Shown here piece by piece: positions 59,193 through 64,000 of a stretch of 64,000 nucleotides of DNA (the stretch's first letter is position 1; every line of letters begins with the position of its first letter). Source of the stretch: Podospora anserina (taxonomy: Eukaryota); assembly GCA_017654855.1 (NCBI GenBank), contig CM030332.1, positions 6,758,001-6,822,000 on the forward strand, written 5' to 3'. The notes beneath the pieces are model-generated. The model was given only the letters and a program-made list of their open reading frames with translations, was not told the origin of the DNA and ran no database searches. The position numbers and the translations under genes were made by a program.

Positions 59193-61044
59193 TCTGGCGG
59201 TGTTCTCTGTGAATTTTGTGAGTTTCTCTATTCTGAAACAGAAGGTAGTGTGTGGAAGGTGTGATCGAAACGAGATGTAAGAAGATGTGCGAGAGAGATG
59301 TTGGGAGAAGATCAGAGTCAGAACCTGAATGCGAACACAGAATCGAGAAAAGACAGGCAGACGAGCTGGAGGGGCAATGTGGGGAAAGCGTGAGCTGGTG
59401 GCAGCAACAGGAGGCAGGGGCGAGCTTCCGTTGCCAGTGCTGCAAGTGGCCGGCAATCATAGGTCTCGGGAAGGACCGACTGCTCCGGTCGATGCGGGAT
59501 CCCGCCGAGACAGCCTAGAGGGAAAGCACAGTATGCTGATCCTTGGAGAGATCCGGATTGCTCAAGAAGCAACCAGTCGCAAAACCAGCTTCAAGCTGTG
59601 CCATTCGTAAAGACCTCGATCAACGTACCTAATGTAGGCTAATGTTAGCAAGAGCTCTGGCAATGGAAACGTAAAGTTCTGTTCGGGATGGTTGGCCAAG
59701 CTCCGTCAAGAGGATTGCATCTCAGCTGGTACCCTCGGCTGGACACTTGTTACCAAAGCCTTTAGGTGGAGTTCAGCCCTGAGCAGGTCCCAAAGATGAT
59801 GGATCTTGTCAGGTATCTGTGTGGATGGCATGTGGTTCCCTGAGGCTCGATGGCTTGGCCAGCTCCTATCAGCATGTGAAATGTTGTGAAAAACCCATCA
59901 CATAAAGACGTCTTGTGCTAAAAAGAAAGATCTTTTCCTTTATACACAGCAATAAAGAGGCCGCCACATGGGCAGTCTCAGACCTGCCCGTTGGCGTCGC
60001 ATTAACGGGCAGCAAGCCGGTTCAGCAACATTCTTTCTGAGCGAGACAGTCTCAATCTCATCCCAAATAAACCGAGACGGCCAGACAGCTCCAAGGAAAC
60101 CCACAAAGAGTTTTACCACAAACCTTTCATAAATGAGGGAGGATATAGAGAAAGACTTACCTCGGTGAGGAGAGAGTTCCGACCAGAAGCCGGTGACCAG
60201 ACGGGCCAGCTAACTGGACGACAGCGTGCCAAAGGGCAGTCCGTACGTTGTAGGTGAACTTCCTTGTAGGCGAGGAGCGTCCAGTAGTCGCAAGAATATC
60301 CCACAAGCAGCCATTGAGAGAGGTTAATCTGGCACGGGGCCCTCGGTCGACAGGAAGGAAAACCGATGAGATGAATTGAAACACTGGCCGGGCTGTTTAA
60401 AGGCAAGGAGAGGTGAACATTAGCGGGGGCAGAAGATTTATTATCGGACAATTTCGAAAAAAAGAAGGCCGAACGTCAGAAAGGCTTGGAGGAGACAATC
60501 GGGAGTTTCAAAAAAAATAAAAAATGGAAGGCACGAAAACAGCCACAAGGTAAGGTAGTCACGCTCTAGCCTTCAAAAAGTGCGGCGATCACGTGTATCA
60601 GAGCTTGAGGGCCGATCAAAGAGGTTAACCGTGTGTTAAGTAGTCGAATATCTGACTACTCAAAGACTCAATCAACTCTTGCCCGCAAGAATATCTAGAG
60701 TTACTTATGGTGGACATGGGGTCGGTCATTTATCGGTCTACGATGTGAGACCAGGCAGAATAGGCAAAATAAGCAATTAAAAGACTTTGTTGAAAGCAAT
60801 GAAACGAATACAGAGTCTCATTTCTACTCCTATGTTGATACTGGAAAGCAGATGAGGCCGTATGCGAGTGTTGGTCAGATATCCAGTGAATCGACGTCCC
60901 GTTTGGAGACTGTTTGGCCTACAGGGATATACCGGTTATTTGCATAGCATCTTGGCATTGCCACTGGTCTCGAAACGTCATCATGTGGCTAAGGAAGCAT
61001 TTGGCTGGCAGGGGTCTTAATAGATTTAGGCGCGCCCGCATGGA

Positions 61045-61062
61045 ACGCGTCTATCGACGCGA
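61045..61062. promoter_or_regulatory. MCB-like elements (ACGCGT and ACGCGA) upstream of ORC1
   Basis: ACGCGT at 61045-61050 and ACGCGA at 61057-61062, about 240 bp before the ORC1 ATG. Confidence 0.55.
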
Positions 61063-61291
61063 CGGAGGGACCCCTTTTGAGTTGAGGCAGAAGCACCAAA
61101 AACCACAAGCCAGACCGCCCTCTACTAAAATTGTCAATTGATGACCTATTTCACTCAGCTGTTCGTCATTTTGGACTCGTATAGACCAGTGTATCGGTCA
61201 ACAAAGCCAATTCACAGATAACCGCTGCAGCCTTTCGCATCTGCTCGCATTGTTTACCTTCCCATCAACCGATTCCGAGAAATCTTCAACA

Positions 61292-63635
61292 ATGCCTGGC
61301 GTCGTCGATGGGCGCTCGAGAAAGCGCCATATCCCAGGCGTTCTAAGAGAGGATTCTGACGACGAGCTGGGAACAGAAGACCTTCCGTGGGAATGGATTT
61401 ATGCCAACGAGCCAGACACTGAGGAAAACAATGGGAGGAAACGAAAACGAGCTACGTGGCAAGATGGCCAGATTATTGGCGCTCGTAATGGCAATTTCGA
61501 GTGCTATTTGGGAGACACGACGCTGCTGAAGGCCGATAGCTCCAACGAAGCCTGGGTTGGCATAATATGCGAGTTCCAGGAGGACGAGGAGGGCGAGATG
61601 GCCGCCAACTTCATGTGGTTCTCGTCGCCAAACGAGATTCGCAGCGCAAAGAAGAGGACGGATTATGTGGAGGTGTGTGTGATTGCGCTTTGTCTTTGCC
61701 TTGATCTCGAGTTGCTAACTTTTTCTGCCTCTATAGAACGAGCTCTACATCACCACCTCGTTCGATGTCAACGCCTTGTCGACCATCAATGGCAAGGCCC
61801 ATGTTATGTCGCAGCAAGCCTTCGTGAACAAATTCCCAACAGGCAAAGTGCCACGCAAATCCAAGGAGTATGGAAAAGTATTTGTTTGCCGAAGGGGCTG
61901 CAACACCAGAACATGCACCTACACCGAGGAGTTCATCTGGGAGGATATCTACCACGGCAGGGAAGACCTCGAGGCTCTCCAGGAGCGGCTTCAGAAGGAG
62001 ACCAAGGCAACTCGGAAAAAGAAGCCCGCGAAAGACGAATCCCCCGAGCGAGACTACAAGTTTGAGGCCGACCCAGAAGCAGATGGAGAATATGCCCCTG
62101 GCGTCTACCGCACCCCAAAGAAGGCTCGTACCAGGGACGCCGTCACCCCCAGCAGCCGGCACAAAAAGACAGGCAACAAACCGGCAACCCCCTCCTCCCA
62201 CCGCCGCATCGTCGTCAAAAAGCACCTTGAATTCACACCCCTAGCCACCCGAGTCCTCTCTCCTATGCACGTTCACGCCTCCCCATATCAGGTAGCCCGC
62301 ACCCAGCTCCACGTCGCTTCAGTTCCCACCAGTCTACCATGTCGCGAATCCGAGTTCAGTCTCGTCTATTCGCACCTCGAAGCTGCCATCACCGACGGCT
62401 CTGGAACCTGCATCTACATCTCTGGTACTCCGGGTACAGGCAAAACCGCCACCGTGCGCGAGGTAGTTTCCCACCTCGATGCCGCCGTTCGCGCCGACGA
62501 GCTCGATGACTTTATCTTTGTCGAGATCAACGGCATGAAAATCACCGACCCCCATCAATCTTACGCCTTGCTGTGGGAAGCCCTCAAAGGCCAGCGCGTT
62601 TCCCCGGCCCAAGCCCTCGACCTTCTGGAGCGAGAATTCAGCCACCCCTCCCCCCGTCGTGTGCCCTGCGTGGTGTTGATGGACGAACTCGACCAGCTGG
62701 TGACCAAAAACCAGGGCGTCATGTACAACTTTTTCAACTGGCCCGGCCTCCGCCACTCCAGGCTCATCGTCCTGGCGGTAGCCAACACGATGGACTTGCC
62801 CGAACGAACCCTCTCCAACAAAATCAGCTCCCGTCTTGGTTTGACGCGTATCACGTTCCCGGGGTACAACCACGAACAGCTCATGCGTATCGTCCAGTCT
62901 CGCCTGGAAGGTGTCCCAGGTGACATCGTGGACCCGGATGCAATCCAATTCGCGGCGAGGAAGGTAGCTGCCGTCAGCGGTGACGCCCGCCGGGCTCTGG
63001 ATATCTGTCGACGAGCGGTCGAACTGGCGGAAGCAGACGCGAAAGTTAATGACCTTTCCGACGATGCCACGCCAAATACGCCGACGAAAACCCCCGCGAG
63101 GAAGAAGGACGAATCGCCCCAGAAAAAGAAGAAGAGTTCTGCTGGGAGGGTAACGATCGAGACTGTGCGAAGAGCTATCAACGAGGCCACTTCCAACCCG
63201 CTGCAGCAATACCTCCGCTCTTTGCCCTTTGCCTCGAAACTTTTGTTGACGGCGCTGTGCTTACGGATTCAGAGGACGGGGTTGGCGGAGAGTACGTTTG
63301 GGGATGTGCTCGAGGAGATGCAGCGGATGCTCAAGCTGTCGGTCAATGAGTCTCGGCCGTTGAAGTTATTGGAGAAAAGGGCTACAGGGCAGAAGGGGGA
63401 AGGGGCAGACGATGGAACAGGGTTGATGATTACAAAGGCGAAGCAGACGGGGCAGTTGATCAGACCGGCTGGGTTGGGTTCTGCTGCTGTTGATCTTACC
63501 GGGGCCGGGATTATCAATCTGGAAGGGCAGAGGCCGGAGAGGCCGAGCAAAATGAGGCTGGCGGTGGGGGATGAAGAGGTTAGGTTGGCGTTTAGGGATG
63601 ATCCTGAGATTAAAGGGGTGGGTGTGATGCTTTAA
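61292..63635 (+). CDS. ORC1: Origin recognition complex subunit 1, 2 exons
   Basis: BAH-like N-terminus, SLPCRESEF, Walker A YISGTPGTGKT, VEINGMK, Walker B VLMDELDQL, ANTMDLPER and SGDARRALDICRRA. Intron ~61673-61736. Confidence 0.96.
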
Positions 63636-64000
63636 CGAAGAAAAAGATACCCATTTTGCATATGGACAGAAACTTTATAGACCACAGACGGTGTTTTGAT
63701 ATCTATGTTTCCACCCTTGATACAGTTTTGTCTAGGTACTGTGACATAACCTATGGAAGATCAATCCCCTCCTCCTCCGCCTTTCGTTGAATATACTTCT
63801 TGACCTGTTCCCCCGTCCGTCAGCTACACATACCACATCAACCCCCGCACCACCACAAGACTTACATCAATCCCAGGCGCCACCTCCAAAGGCAGAAGCC
63901 CATCATTATCCTTCCTGTCCATCTCAGCCCCAGCTTTCATCAACACCACAGCCGCGTCACCTATTATCATCATCAGCCTTGAACCGTTCTCGCTGGAGAA

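Noticed and set aside
1-64000. Intact transposon, Starship captain recombinase, Spok-type gene or NLR/amyloid signalling pair
   Set aside because: No transposase, reverse transcriptase, tyrosine recombinase, NACHT/NB-ARC, HeLo or amyloid motif was recognised by eye. Divergent members could be missed without profile searches.

Overview
Eukaryotic, intron-containing DNA from a filamentous ascomycete. The gene content, short introns and codon style suggest Sordariales, Podospora-like (inference, no search run). The left ~35 kb is accessory-type. It holds a heparinase II/III-like lyase (truncated by the window edge), tRNA-Asn, a GH2 glycosidase, a membrane-extended HET-domain protein, and a tightly packed SDR + cytochrome P450 + TRI14-like trio. 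It also holds a VIT-vWA protein, a PAP2-like membrane protein, a GATA factor, decayed ankyrin and F-box genes, a secreted con-13-like HExxH protein, an ankyrin protein with amphipathic repeats, and an orphan gene interrupted by an in-frame TAG. The right part is mostly housekeeping: a bHLH factor with a ~7 kb upstream gene-free region, tRNA-Ala, a mitochondrial RRM protein, PEX5, an RNA exonuclease, a Yippee/Mis18-like protein, a SET-MYND protein, prefoldin 5, a hypothetical protein and ORC1. The most interesting signals are: (1) a hidden 163-codon open frame behind a TAG in a good A-to-I editing context (candidate stop-correction editing); (2) four GC-AG introns among about 30 introns reconstructed by hand; (3) a start codon split by an intron; (4) a core-less SDR/P450/TRI14-like cassette next to a HET gene. 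No intact transposon or CRISPR array was seen. All product calls rest on motif recognition only.
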